In this document: in pieces, positions 62,860 through 64,000 of the stretch
Layout: each line of letters begins with the position of its first letter
Position numbering within the stretch: position 1 is the first letter of the stretch
NCBI GenBank assembly: GCA_048886685.1
Contig: JBHLKM010000003.1
Span: 192,001-256,000, forward strand
Direction: 5' to 3'
Length of the DNA: 64,000 nucleotides
DNA from: Candidatus Hodarchaeota archaeon
GTDB lineage: Archaea > Asgardarchaeota > Lokiarchaeia > Sigyniarchaeales > SOKP01
Notes under the pieces: model-generated
What the model saw: the letters and a program-made list of their open reading frames with translations, nothing else
Told to the model about the DNA's origin: nothing
The model's database searches: none
Position numbers and translations under genes: made by a program

Positions 62860-63053
62860 CTATCAAAGAACTTAAATAAGCAAAATAAGAATTATTCCTA
62901 AAAATTTAGAAAAAGAGAGGAAAAAGTTTAGCAAAATGGCTTCTCGAATGACCACACCTAAACTTATATTCCTCTATTCTATATTACTTTTTTTTTAAAT
63001 ATAAAATTTGGCTTAATAATTATTGTTAAAAATTGATAAGGAGATGGGGGGAT

Positions 63054-63947
63054 TTAAAGACCTTGTAATAATTTACTAAAATCCGGTTCTTTAAAAAATT
63101 CATTATACTTTTTTAATAATTCGATATTTACAAGAAAAATCTTTTTCCCTGATTGATTTCTAGTAGATTTTACTAAATTAAGATCTTTTAGTTTGTTAAT
63201 ATGGTATAGTATAGTTCCTGAATAAATATCTAAATTTTCTCCCATTTTTGAAACCGTTACCGATTCATCTTTAAAGATTTCTTCTAATATCTTTGGGATT
63301 AAGGGATTTAAAAATACAATTTTAAACTTATCGTAATCTTCAGATACATCAGATAAAAAGTAATGAAGAGATTTACCAATTTTTTTGGATCTTATAAGAT
63401 TAAATCTTTCCAGAGTCATTACGTGTTTAAGAAAAGGGGTTCTAGTGATATTTAATTCTTCTTCAATTTTATCATCTCTAGCATGGATTCCAGGATTATC
63501 TTTAATAAAATCTAATATTTTTACGAGCTTTTCATTAGTAAGTATCTCTAGTTTTGTACGTCTCTCGTTAGTCACAATCCATGTCTTTTTTTCTAAATCC
63601 CTTATACTAAGGAAAATTTCCTCCTTACTATAACCTTTTTTATAAGATAATTTTGCTATACATTTTGCATATAGTTTTTCAATAATTGGATATTTTTGTA
63701 TTTGACTCTCAGATTCAATCTCAAATTCAGCATCATATCGCTTTAATTTTAGGATATCTTTTGCAATTTCTAAAACATCTTGATCGATTTCGGTTAATTC
63801 ATCGACAAGAGCCTCTTCTTTTAGTTTTTTTTCTTCTGTGTCCGCTCCTTCCTGTAAAGGTTTAAAATCTAAACGCCTAAATAAGCTTTCTTCTAAAATT
63901 TCTTTTTCCTTTTCTTTTTTAACTTCTCTTCTTCTTTCGAGCGACAT
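63054..63947 (-). CDS. putative transcriptional regulator with tandem winged HTH domains
   Basis: ILDFIKDNPGIH...H...LE...LI and second YH..KL...NLV wHTH. Confidence 0.7.
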   Translation of the reverse strand: MSLERRREVKKEKEKEILEESLFRRLDFKPLQEGADTEEKKLKEEALVDELTEIDQDVLEIAKDILKLKRYDAEFEIESESQIQKYPIIEKLYAKCIAKLSYKKGYSKEEIFLSIRDLEKKTWIVTNERRTKLEILTNEKLVKILDFIKDNPGIHARDDKIEEELNITRTPFLKHVMTLERFNLIRSKKIGKSLHYFLSDVSEDYDKFKIVFLNPLIPKILEEIFKDESVTVSKMGENLDIYSGTILYHINKLKDLNLVKSTRNQSGKKIFLVNIELLKKYNEFFKEPDFSKLLQGL

Positions 63948-64000
63948 TTTTAGGCGTTTTCCTCTAAGAATTGAATAAATTTAATTCGTTCTTGAGTGTC

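Noticed and set aside
1-64000. tRNA, rRNA, CRISPR arrays, transposases, integrases and inteins
   Set aside because: None recognised by eye. Intergenic regions are short and AT-rich, and RFC and aIF5B are of normal length. Small C/D guide RNAs or in-frame BHB introns could have been missed.

Overview
AT-rich archaeal chromosomal window, most consistent with an Asgard archaeon (Lokiarchaeia-like). This is inferred from archaeal information-processing genes, three Arf/Rab-like small GTPases, an EF-2 lacking the diphthamide HRG motif, a very long AglB and an IPGY-TM-basic C-terminal anchor. About 1-23 kb and 45-64 kb are core genes: pyrB, L44e, S27e, TFS, PCNA, PriL/PriS, Gins15, Nop10, aIF2-alpha, EF-1alpha, RpoL, Csl4, enolase, RFC, TruA, AglB, UvrA, aIF5B, CCA enzyme, EF-2 paralog and Taw1. 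A ~20 kb catabolic block lies between uvrB and uvrA: crotonase, Fe-S protein, Opp/Dpp-type ABC system, two glycyl-radical enzymes with activase, TetR and a GC-rich hydrolase. Top finding: uvrB is interrupted by 29 nt (23413-23441) that fold into a bulge-helix-bulge motif. The canonical cut sites of that motif exactly restore the conserved YQPE/AY motif and the reading frame, so this is a candidate endonuclease-spliced mRNA intron. Other notable signals are a 21-bp palindromic operator found four times in the GRE/ABC/TetR block, three genes that appear to start at ATA/ATT, ABC ATPases fused to membrane domains, and an HTH-ATP-cone pseudo-NrdD. All calls come from reading the sequence; no searches were run.
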